A stretch of DNA of 35,160 nt, taken from NCBI RefSeq assembly GCF_018977255.1, contig NW_024705549.1, forward strand, positions 1 to 35,160, in the 5' to 3' direction. Position 1 is the first letter of the stretch. The number at the start of each line of letters is the position of its first letter. The stretch is from Callorhinchus milii (taxonomy: Eukaryota). This document shows, piece after piece, positions 12,736 through 22,919 of the stretch. Below the pieces are notes generated by a model. The model ran no database searches. It saw only the letters and a list, made by a program, of their open reading frames with translations, and was not told where the DNA came from. The position numbers and the translations under genes are program-made.

Positions 12736-14991
12736 ATGTCGAAAAGATCCTGCAGGAAAAATGGCGTTTAAAAAATAGATCATTACTCATCCATCGCTAC
12801 TATCAGAAGTATGCGTTGGCAGTGGTCCCATGGGATGGAGAAGGAATGAAGTTACCGGATGCTCAGACTCTCAAAGTAGACGCACACGTGATGGGATTTG
12901 TTGTGAAGCATCCAGGCGAGTTTAAGGAACACTTGAAGCAGAATAAAGCAACTTTTCAGTGGCCCGCACAAGACTCTAAGGAACTTTTAACGATCGAACC
13001 AGACATCTCTAAAAGTGAATCACATTATGTTGTGCTAAAAATTGGCCAAAACTATACAAGAAGAAATGAAATTATTTTTTTATAAATATTCCTACTCATC
13101 TGAGAAAGTGGATTCACAGATATTTGATGTTCTTGCATCAAGACTTCTCAAATACGAAAAGGACACAATTGAGATTACTTCAGACAGGTTAAACAATCAA
13201 GTACATATTGTCGGTCTAAAATCAGACGTCAATGTTGCCATGGAACAACTCTCTGCTTTAAAAGAAAAACTTACGTCGGAGGTTGAAATAAGTAAAAACA
13301 ATAAACAAATGGAATTAGTTGTGAAACAGAGACAATTTGATTTGATAAAACAGAATGGTTTTGACAAACGGATAGGCCAAAAATTCCCGGATGTTACGAT
13401 ACAGCTGGACTTGGGAAAGAAATCGGTGGTCCTAGAAGGGCCCAAGGATGACTGTGCAGAAATGTATAGCAAGCTTGTCCAGCTGACGATGCAGTTTTCT
13501 GAGAAGTATTGGAAGGCTTCCTCAAAACGTAAATCCTTCCTCCTCCACATGAACCATGAAGATTTCGTTCAAAATACATTCATTAAACATGGAATAGAGG
13601 CCACTATTGGAGAAATGGGAGGTGATATCATGGTTATTGGTGCAAGTGATGAAAATCTGATTACAGCAGTTAGAGCTCTTGAGAATGCAATTACTGAGAC
13701 TGTAGTCAAATTTGAACAGAATTTTGACATAAAGCAACACTCCACAGATTGGGAAAATTTCGTAGGAAATCTAAATAACAGTGGCGATGTTTCCATTGCT
13801 GGAACAGAGGATGTGTCGTTCGAAATACATTGTGATAAGCAGGAGGGGAAGGAAGTAGTCATAGTAGGGTTGAGAGGTGTCACTGATGACGTGGGGGGAA
13901 AAATAAAGCAATTCATTTCTGATTACTCAACAGAAACCGTGTTTATACCGTTACAATCAAAGGGGGTCCTGAATTACATTGAAAAATTCTGTGATTTATC
14001 CAATCAACTTCCAGCTATCAGCAAGATAAAAAAAGGGGAAAGTGATAAAACGACTGGCTACACGGTTACTCTGAAGGCTAAAGACAAAGATGAAGTCATC
14101 AAACATTTTGACGACCTCTCCACGAGCATTGTGTCTAAAATGAAGTGCATTAAAAAACCTGGAGGTGCAAAATTTTTACATGAAAGGGGCACAATATTTC
14201 TGGACAGCTTGGAAGTGACGCACAAGGTCATCATTATTTTAGACCCAGCTGAAGAGCAGCAGGAGGAGGAATCCCAAAAGGCCAACCATGCTGAAGTCGT
14301 ACACAAAACGTCCATGAATGGAATATCGGTGTCCATACAGAAAGGGAAAATGCAGCTTCAATGCGTGGACGCGATGGTCATTACTGTGGATGAGCACCTG
14401 CAGAGCGTCGGTTACCTGGCCAAGATGCTGGTGGACGTGGGCGGCCCAGCCATTCAGAGTGAGAGAGATCGCAAGGTCGCCTCGAACGGAGGCCCCTTCA
14501 ACGCGGGAGATGCGGTACTCACGGGCGCGGGGATGTTGCCTTGCAAGTTCCTGATCAACATGGTCGGCGTCAAATGGGATGATCAATTGCCAATGGAAAA
14601 GATGGACAAGTTTAAACAAGCGGTGACTAAAAGTATTGAGCGCAGCGTGGAAAAGCAATGCAAGTCGATTGCTATCCCTACCCTCAACTCTGAGGCACAC
14701 TTTGAATTCTCACAGTCCGTATATTGCCAGATGATCATAAAAGCAGTCAAAGCATTTTGTCATATGCACGCAGAGGGAACCTCAATGCGCGACATCCGGC
14801 TGATCACAGCAGATGACACAACGGCGATGAAAATTAAAGAATTTTTCCTCGTCTTATTTGGCAAAGAGGACGTGCCTGCATCTGGGAGCGGTTTATTTCG
14901 CACCACCGAGAGTGAAAAACCGGCACGAGAAGAAGCTCGCTATCAACCTAACCCAATGCCACTTGACTTCCCTTACCTCATAAAGAAATCG
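12736..14991 (+). CDS. PARP14: PARP14-like large exon (end of RRM, KH-like region, macrodomain 1), phase 1/0, one net frameshift at ~13037-13051
   Basis: Acceptor tatag|AT continues the phase-1 Asp codon; donor TCG|gtgaga. ORFs 12684-13085 and 13042-15015 are collinear with the PARP14 large exon (IHRYY...KLP, VHIVGLKSDV, VVLEGPKDD, IKKPGGAKF). Macro fold at 14311-14860 (GDAVLTGAGMLPCKFLINMVG, KSIAIP). Confidence 0.88.
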
Positions 14992-15879
14992 GTGAGAAAT
15001 GCTTTTTACGTGTAATCACTTTTGAATACAAAGTGAAACAGCAATAACAACAACAGGGTAACTGCAACGGTGTTCCATGGAACACGTAATCAACTAACAT
15101 TACCTTATTATTGATTGGGCTGCCCAGGTGTTCAGGAAAATGAATCACTTGCAGGTGATATTAACATTAACTCCACTGTCCCAATCGTCATCATCATCGT
15201 CACGATCCATGGGCAGATAGCCTGTAGATGTCCACTGCACATTTTGTCAGTTTACACTTTCCTCTCTGTCTTGTGCCAATTTACTCAAGAAGTGCCACAT
15301 CTTTCTGGCACCAATCTCTTATGTCGGTGTCAAGCCATTCTCTTTTAGGTCTTCCTCTTTTTCCGGTTCCTTTCATTTTTCTGAACAACACACTTTTAAT
15401 TTTTCTGTTGTCCAAATATTGCCAGCTTCCTTCTCATCACTGCCTGCATCCGGTCTTCGTCGGATGCCACGGTTCTTCACAGGGTGGCTGGCCAAATCAC
15501 ACAGAAGCCCAAACCCATTGATAACTTTTTGGCAGACTGCCTCATCAGCAGGCGTATGATCAGACGTAAATGATTGGGATGGACTGTGCAAGCAGATAAC
15601 TCCGGATTTTTACACCTGTTGATATACCTGCTAATACACCTGCTAAGCTGAAATCCAGTCCATTTGGCTCTCATAGAGTTTTTCAGCGTTAAGAGATTGG
15701 CTTCTTGTACACAAACAAGCCTTGTCTTCCAATTCGCAGACGGACCATTGAAGCTGCAGCCATTCTGTTATTTGATTACTATGATGTAGCAAATGGGGTT
15801 GCTTCTTCAGTATACACTGAAACAAAATGAACTTGGTTTAACGTGCTGCATGCTATTCACAGTGGATGCTCCATTTGGG

Positions 15880-16296
15880 CACGGTCATATTATCCAATAG
15901 GCCACAGTAAGCACTGTGCCTAGGGCCTACGAAAACTAAAGAGTCTACGAAAAAAAATATTTTTTGTGTGTATGATAAAAAAATGTAACCAAGATATCTG
16001 CTTGAATAAATATATTTATATATAGCAAGGATATGCAGTGTATATACAAAGAGGCAGAGTCATGTCAATCGTTTTTTTTTCATAAGGTGAGATAAATGAA
16101 CAACAGAGATTAGCTTTTCAAGATTTTTTTCATTGCAAAAATATAAAATAACATCTTCAAATGGTGTTTTTTACACAATCAAGTGAGTTGCAGCAGTGGC
16201 AATAGTAACATGGGCAGCAGTACCAACTGTAGAAAGTTATTACTGAAGTTCTACGAAACAACTGCCTAGGGCCTACAATAACTTTCATCCGGCCTG
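15880..16296 (-). mobile_element. Second, inverted copy of the hAT MITE at 5745-6399
   Basis: Reverse complement is collinear with 5745-6186 (ggccggatgaa, tgctgcccatgttacta, cgat.gacatgactctgc, gatatcttggttacattt, ggcctattggataatatg). No TSD seen. Confidence 0.8.
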
Positions 16297-17285
16297 TGTA
16301 ACCACCTCTATGCCATGGCTGTCAAAAAGTCCTTGGACTGGAGAAGACGTTGTTAATTACCAGGCTATTTTCATTTACAAGGCTACTGTCCATATATCTT
16401 TATTTGCCTGGCCTGTTATAACAATTGGATAATCCAAAACATCTGCGATGGGCCTCGAATTGTCTACAAATAGTTCCCAGATATCGCGACCAATTTCGAT
16501 CAAATTAATTGAATATAGCAGCCCCAAAGTGTTTAGAACCACATGGTTTCGTCTCTTGACATCTCCATTCCACTATCTCTGTCCTCATTTAGACGGACTC
16601 GATTAAAATATTTAAAGTTTAAGTGTGAAGTAAATTTGATTAGAATCGCAATTATATAGAGGTTTTTTTCAATCTATAATGTTTTACGTGACAACCCTTA
16701 CTAATTGGCTGTGTCGGTGGTGGCAGTGTTAACGACGCATTTATATTTACGCGATCTAACAAAAAAACTCTTCATTATGGATAATATTGGAGGAAAGATA
16801 AAGCAATTTAAAGTGAGTGACAAAATGTTGAAAAAACAAGAGGTGTTTTTTTCAGAGAAACCTGGAAAATGTATAATGTGAATGTGTAGTAACAAAAACA
16901 AGGTGCCACATTTGTCTGATAGAACACCTCTCAAGGTCAAAGTAAGTATCATTAAATGCAGAAGGTGAGTGACCATACTATTCAATGGGAAACAGTTGTA
17001 TTAAGCATATAATTTTAGCATTATCACATGGTGATGAAAGGTGAACTTAGTATTTTACATTTGCATGTTAATATTATGATTTTAAAAGACTACACCGAGG
17101 CTTTGGAAATATATTGACTTGTTATACATACAAAATTCTATGCTTTTAATTCATGCATTGGTTAAGATTTTATTTGTTTATAGCCAATGAAATGTAAAAA
17201 TACTGCACAGTTATGCACGTAATTTAAAAACACTTACCTTATCATTATTTTACTAGAATGTTACGTTACATCTTTCCGTTAACAG

Positions 17286-17396
17286 GCAGAAAGCTATTCA
17301 GAATTCGACACGAATAAGGCAATGGACCCCAATGTTTATGAAACAAAGTCCGGTCTGAGAGTGAAACTTGTGAAAGGGAATCTGGAAAACGAATTG
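17286..17396 (+). CDS. PARP14: PARP14-like exon (linker and start of macrodomain 2), phase 0/0
   Basis: Acceptor tctttccgttaacag and donor TTG|gtaaga; 111 nt. Encodes AESYSEFDTNKAMDPNVYETKSGLRVKLVKGNLENEL, the first strands of a macrodomain, in frame with the previous exon. Not in the supplied ORF track. Confidence 0.82.
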
Positions 17397-17459
17397 GTAA
17401 GAAACAATTTAATCTCGTGTGCTTTTTAAACTTGCATGTGTTGTAAATATTCGTTAATT

Positions 17460-18483
17460 TCTCAATCCGCTTGTCCTGGTTTTGGTCACAGCGGCAGCAT
17501 GTTGAGTAGGGCTGTCCAGACCTCCCTTTACTGGGGAATTCCTTAGGTGTTCCCAGGCCAGCTGAGCGACATAGTCCTGCCAGCATGTCCTGGGCCGGCC
17601 CGAGGTCTTTGCCCAGTGGGACATGCCCGGTAGAGTTCTAGGGGGAGTCTACTGGGGGGCATCCTTACCAGGTGCGCGAACCACCTGGCTCCTCTTGATC
17701 CGGAGTAACAGCGGCTCGACTCTGAGGCTCTCCTGGATTACCGAGCTTCTCAACCAATCATGGAGAGTGAGCCTGGGAACCTGCGGAGGAACACTATTTC
17801 AGGCTTTGTACCCACGATCTCATCCTTTCAGTCATTACCCAAAGCTCATGACCATAGGTGAGAGTGATAATGTAAATCGACCTGTAAACCTAGAGCTTTG
17901 TTCGAGAACTCAGCTTCCGCTTTACTACCATGGAACGGTACAGCACCCACATCACTGCAGATGCCGCACCGATCCCTTACCATCACTTGCGAAAGAAATC
18001 CTGAGGTACTTAAACTCCTCCACTAAGGGCAGCTGTTCCCCCTCACCTGAAGAGCACACTCCACCGTCTTCCGGAAGTGAACCATGACCTCAGATTTGGA
18101 GGTGCCAATTCTCATCCCAGCCGCTTCACACTTGGCATCAAACTGTTCAAGTGCACGCTGGGGACCACAGACTGACAAGGCAAAGAGGGCAACGTCATCT
18201 GCAAAAAGCAGCGACGCCACCTCCATGCCCCTGTACTAGATATTGTCCATACCTCGACTGTGCCTTGATATCCTCTCCATGAAAATCACAAACAGGAGTG
18301 TAGACAAATTGCACCCTTGGCGGAGACCAACATCCACAGTTAACTATTTTGACTTAACACCAAGAATACGGACACAGCTCTCACTCTGGGAATAGACGGA
18401 ATGAATAGCACACAAAGCAGTACCGGTACATCATACTCCCGCAGCACCTCCCACAAGACATTCAGAGGAACACGGTCATATGC
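17460..18483 (-). mobile_element. Rex3/Expander-type RTE LINE, 5'-truncated and degraded
   Basis: AYDRVPLNVLWEVLREY and SLLFADDVALFA...CEAAGMRIGTSKSEVMV. 3' end tgctgccgctgtgacc...ggacaagcgga resembles the Expander terminus. Confidence 0.85.
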
Positions 18484-18660
18484 TCCATAATAGAGGTGTT
18501 TTTGGTTTATATCGTGTAAATCTATAAATGTGTCGTTAAAACCCGCCACCACCCGATAGTCAAATAGTAAGGGTTGTCACGTAAACAGAACATGCCAATT
18601 CGTCACGAGTACAGCATATCGGTGTGTTGGAGAATTAAGCCACAACATTTAAAATCTGAG

Positions 18661-18701
18661 TACGATGTTTCATCATTAATTACAACTAGCTTCATCAGGC
18701 G
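18661..18701 (-). ncRNA. Degenerate hammerhead-like motif (second family)
   Basis: - strand cgc CTGATGA agctagttgtaattaatgat GAA ACAT C gta. Core boxes are present but stem II and the ACGT palindrome are damaged. Lies just upstream of, and inverted to, the Penelope ORF. Confidence 0.4.
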
Positions 18702-18819
18702 ACAGCCACATTTGTGGAGAAGTCCAACTGTCTAGTTTCTTATATAGAGGCGTAGATGTGGTTACCACACTTCTGCGCTCTTGCGCAAAGTTGGGGGGGC
18801 AGGGGGGATTAACAAGTCA

Positions 18820-19810
18820 ACGTACATTATGCATGATATTCTCGTAAGTTTTGATGTGACTTCTCTGTTCACGAGGGTTCCAGTCAACAAGTCAAGTAAA
18901 TTACTCGACACTGGTAACGAACAAAGGTTTAGCCAAAGATATCCAAGACTAGCTGAGCACTGTCTAAAGAACACCTACTTCTTGTAGCAAAGTGACTTTT
19001 ATAAACAAAAGGAAGAAGCAGCAACGGGCTCTCCTTTGTCTCCTGTGATAGCGAATTTGTACATGGAAGATTTTAAAATAATTCCAATAGCTTCAAGCAC
19101 ACTAAAACCTTCTGCTTAGTTTAGATATGTGGATGATACATTGGTGGTCTGGCCACACGGCAAAGATACACTGAACGCATTTCTAAATTATCTCAACTCG
19201 CAAAACCCATCCATGCAGTTCACCATGGAAGTGGAAGCTGACAGAACTCTACCATTTCTGGATATTCTGCTCGGACAGGGTCGAAATGTTAAAATAACAC
19301 ACAGCGTTTACCGAAAGAAAACGCATACTGATGCCTATTTGAATGCAGAGTCACACCATCACCCCGCACACAGAAATCTGCTCTTATCAAGACGCTCATT
19401 AATCGAGCTAAGAAAGTGTCAGATGGTGACAGTCTGAGAAGTGAAATTCAACATGTAATAGAAGTGCTGCAAATGAACGGTTACAATGATGCCCAAATCA
19501 ACAGGGCATTGAATGCCAACACCAAATCAATAACATGAGCATTGAAACTGCCCAAGTAATTTAAACGATCAAAATACCGTACATTGCAGGAGTAACGGAT
19601 AAACTAGCAGATGTTTGGAAAACTAAAACATCCTAGTCAGATTTGGCATGGTACATAAAATACAGATTAATATATGGTACAAAAGATGTATTACCGAAGC
19701 TATCAACAGATGGTGTGTACAGGATTAACTGCACGTGTGGCAAATGTTATGTTGGGCAAACAGGATGAATGATCAGGATGAGACTAAAAGAACATCAGAG
19801 AAATAGAAAA
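18820..19810 (+). mobile_element. Penelope-like retroelement body (RT + GIY-YIG endonuclease), degraded
   Basis: DILVSFDVTSLFTRVP, GSPLSPVIANLYME, YVDDTLVVWPHG, LPFLDI, VYRKKTHTDAYLNAESHHHP. At ~19710-19800 GVYRINCTCGKCYVGQTG*MIRMRLKEHQR (GIY-YIG). Confidence 0.92.
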
Positions 19811-19812
19811 TG

Positions 19813-19987
19813 CTAGATTTGAAGCTTTCGTGACTGCAAGGATTCATATTCTTAGTTTTTTTCGGTAAAGTCACGTAGGTAAAACATTAAAATTAATAAA
19901 AGTAAAATAAAAATCACGACGTTTCGGAAGCAACACAAGCTTCCATCTTCAGGTGGAACCGTCACAGCCCGACAGCTGTATCAAGTA
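19813..19987 (-). mobile_element. Penelope-type terminal repeat copy
   Basis: Reverse complement matches 24248-24429 (acttgatacagc...ggctgtgacgg...gaatccttgcagtcacgaaagcttcaaatctag). Confidence 0.75.
19915..19955 (-). ncRNA. Minimal type I hammerhead ribozyme motif (best preserved copy)
   Basis: - strand: cac CTGAAGA t GGAAGC ttgtgtt GCTTCC GAA ACGT C gtg; stem II 6/6 Watson-Crick, stem I cac/gtg. Confidence 0.8.
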
Positions 19988-22270
19988 AATCAGAATCAGA
20001 ATCAGAAGAATCAGAAACGGTTTTAATCGCCATGTAAGTTTGCACAGACAAGGAATTCACTATGGCGGGACGGTGCATACATTGAACAAGTAGGAATCTT
20101 AACTTATATAAAAGGTATACACTCTAACTATACTAACGTTACAAAGTATAAGTAATACTAAAGGGCTAAAATCTTTAAAATTATGAATAAGTAGACCTTA
20201 TAAAATGCGAAATGTAAAATGTTAATTAGCCGTATTAAACAATCTTAAAATACAAAAATACAAATAAGATTACACGTTGTAAGTATGGAAAGGTGTAATT
20301 ATGTAGATAAAATGTTATAGTAAGTGTAACAGTCTTTTTAAGTGTAAAAGTCATTTTAAGCCCTTGGCCTTGTTGAGGAGGCCAACAGCGGATGGGAAAA
20401 AACTGTTTTTATGACGTGAGGTTTTGGTCTTGATGGACCGCAGCCTTCTGCCGAAGGGGAGTAGCTGGAACAGAGAGTATCCAGGGTGCGAGGAATCGTC
20501 CGCAATCTTCCTCACTCGCCTCAGGGTCCTCAAAGTGTGCAGGTCCTCAAGGGTTGGTAGATTACAGCCAATCACCTTCTCAGCAGTGCGGATGATACGC
20601 TGCAGTCTGCTCTTGTCCTTGGCAGTGGCAGCAGCGTACCAGACGGTGATGGAGGAGGTGAGGATGGACTCAATGATGGCTGTATAGAAGCACACCATCA
20701 TTGTCTTTGGCAGATTAAATTTCTTCAGCTGCCGTAGGAAGTACATTCTCTGTTGAGCTCTCTTGATAAGGGAGCTGATGTTCAGTTCCCACTTGAGGTC
20801 CTGGGAAAGAATAGTGCCCAGGAAGCGGAAGGACTCAACATTGGTGACTGGGGAGTCGCACAGGGTGATGGGGGTGAGTGGGGCTGAATTCTTCCTGAAG
20901 TCCACAACCATCTCCACGGTCTTAAGAGCATTACGCTCCAGGTTGTTCTGGCTACACCAGGTCACCAGGTTGTCAGCTTCCCTCCTATAGTCAGACTCAT
21001 CCCCATCAGAGATTAGCCCAATGAGGGTGGTGTCGTCGTGGGGCTGAATTCTTCCTGAAGTCCACAACCATCTCCACGGTCTTAAGAGCATTAGCTCCAG
21101 GTTGTTCTGGCTACACCAGGTCACCAGGTTGTCAGCTTCCCTCCTATAGTCAGACTCATCCCCATCAGAGATTAGCCCAATGAGGGTGGTGTCGTCCGCA
21201 AACTTCAAGAGTTTGACGGACTGGTGACTGGAGGTGCAGCTGTTGGTGTACAGGTGAATAGCAGAGGGGAAAGGACGCAGCCCTGAGGAGATCCGGTGCT
21301 GATTGACCTGGAGGCAGAAACTTGTGATCCCAGTTTGACACACTGCTTCCTGTCAGACAGGAAGTCTGTGATCCATCTGCAGGTGGAGTCTGGCACGTTC
21401 AGCAGGGAGAGCTTGTCCTGAAGCAGGGCAGGGATGATGGCGTTAAAAGCCGAGCTAAAGTCCACAAACAGGATCCTGGCGTAGGATGCTGTGGAGTCCA
21501 GATGCTGTAGGGTGAAGTGGAGAGCCATGTTAACTGCGTCATCCACAGACCTGTTGGCTCTGTAGGCAAACTGAAGGGGGTCCAGGAGAGGGTCTGTGAT
21601 GGCTTTGAGGTGTGCCAGGACCAGGTGCTCAAAAGACTTCATTACCACGGAGGTAAGGGCGATGGGTCTGTAATCATTTAGTCCTGTTGGCCTTGGCTTT
21701 TTGGGCACTGGAATGATGATGGAGGACTTGAGACAGGCTGGTACATGGCATGTCTCCATGGAGGTGTTAAAGATGTTGGTGAACACCGGAGACAGCTGGT
21801 CTGCGCAGTGCCTGAGAGTGGCTGGAGAGACAGAGTCCGACCCAGCTGCTTTGCGTGGGTTTTGCCTCTTGAAAAGTCTTTTAACTTCTCCCTCCTGAAT
21901 GGAGATAGTTGTCTCTGTAGTGGGGGGCGGGATAGGGGCCTCTTGGCTGGGAATGGGTAGTTCAGGACAGTCCAATTGTCTTTCAAATCTGCAGTAGAAC
22001 TCGTTCAGGTCGTTGGCCAGGCGGGAGTCGTTAGTGGTGTGGGCGGCTCTGGGCTTGTAGTTGGTGATCTGCCTGAGCCCTCTCCAGACAGAAGCAGAGT
22101 CGTTAGCAGAGAACTGATGTTTTAATCTCTCTGAGTACAGTCGTTTAGCCTCTCTCACCGCCTTGCTAAACCTGTTCTTTGACTCCTTGAATTTGTCTCT
22201 ATCCCCACTCTTAAACGCTTCCCCCTTCTCCAACCTCAACCTTCTGGGCTTTGCTGAGAACCAGGGCTTG
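19988..22270 (-). mobile_element. Rex1/Babar LINE, 5'-truncated, little decayed
   Basis: Long ORFs with LNDYRPIALTSVVMKSFE, LDPLQFAYRANRSVDDAV, LFVDFSSAFN, GSPQGCVLSPLLF, LLKFADDTT, AQQRMYFLRQLKKF and NSFFPSAV. (ATTCTG)n-like 3' tail at 19988-20016. Confidence 0.93.
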
Positions 22271-22271
22271 A

Positions 22272-22875
22272 ATGTAGAATGAACATCAAGGTTCACTACT
22301 CACATAGTCACGTGGCCCAGTTTCCAGAGAACATGGGTCACGTGAGCGAAGAGCAAGGTGAACGCTTTCATCAAGACATTAAAGTTATGGAAGAACGTTA
22401 CCAAGGCCGATGGGACTCAAACATGATGGCAGATTACTGCTGGTCCTTGATGAGAGACATTCCACAAGCTGTACATCGGAGATCGGCAAAGAAGAGGTCG
22501 TTTATGCAGATGTAACATCACTATTGTGAATTACCTTTTTGTACATATTTTTCTTATCTTCACAATTCAATTCTTACATGGTAATATGCATTCACTCACA
22601 TTGATATGCAGTCACTCTCACAACTTTGTGCTACGGCTCATTAAATGTTTGTTTCATTATTATTGTATATTGTATCTTATCTTATTCTTGTATGGATGTC
22701 TGTTTAGCTATTCGTATATGAGCATACATTTGCTGTTTTTATTGAAAATGCAATATTTGATATCTAAAAAACCTGACGTGATAGACAAAAACGGATACCA
22801 TATTTGGAATCAGTACCCCAAATTCCCTTAAAACCGTTGGAATACCTTATGCCAGAAAAAGTGTGTTGACCAGTG
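22272..22875 (+). mobile_element. Chapaev3 (CMC) DNA transposon 3' fragment
   Basis: IKVHYSHSHVAQFPENMGHVSEEQGERFHQDIKVMEERYQGRWDSNMMADYCWSL matches the transposase C-terminus I associate with Chapaev3. Ends in CAGTG (22871-22875) followed by TTA, fitting a TWA target site. Confidence 0.75.
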
Positions 22876-22919
22876 TTATCTTCTTGTTGCGCTTTACCGA
22901 AATGGGGACTTTTTCAGAG

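Noticed and set aside
13197..14700. Antisense ORFs over the large exon
   Set aside because: Shadow frames of the PARP14-like coding strand with no recognisable motifs.
15515..15555. Hammerhead-like CTGATGA GGCAGTCTGCC AAAA on the - strand
   Set aside because: G12 of GAAA is absent, there is no ACGTC or stem I, and it is not in a Penelope repeat.
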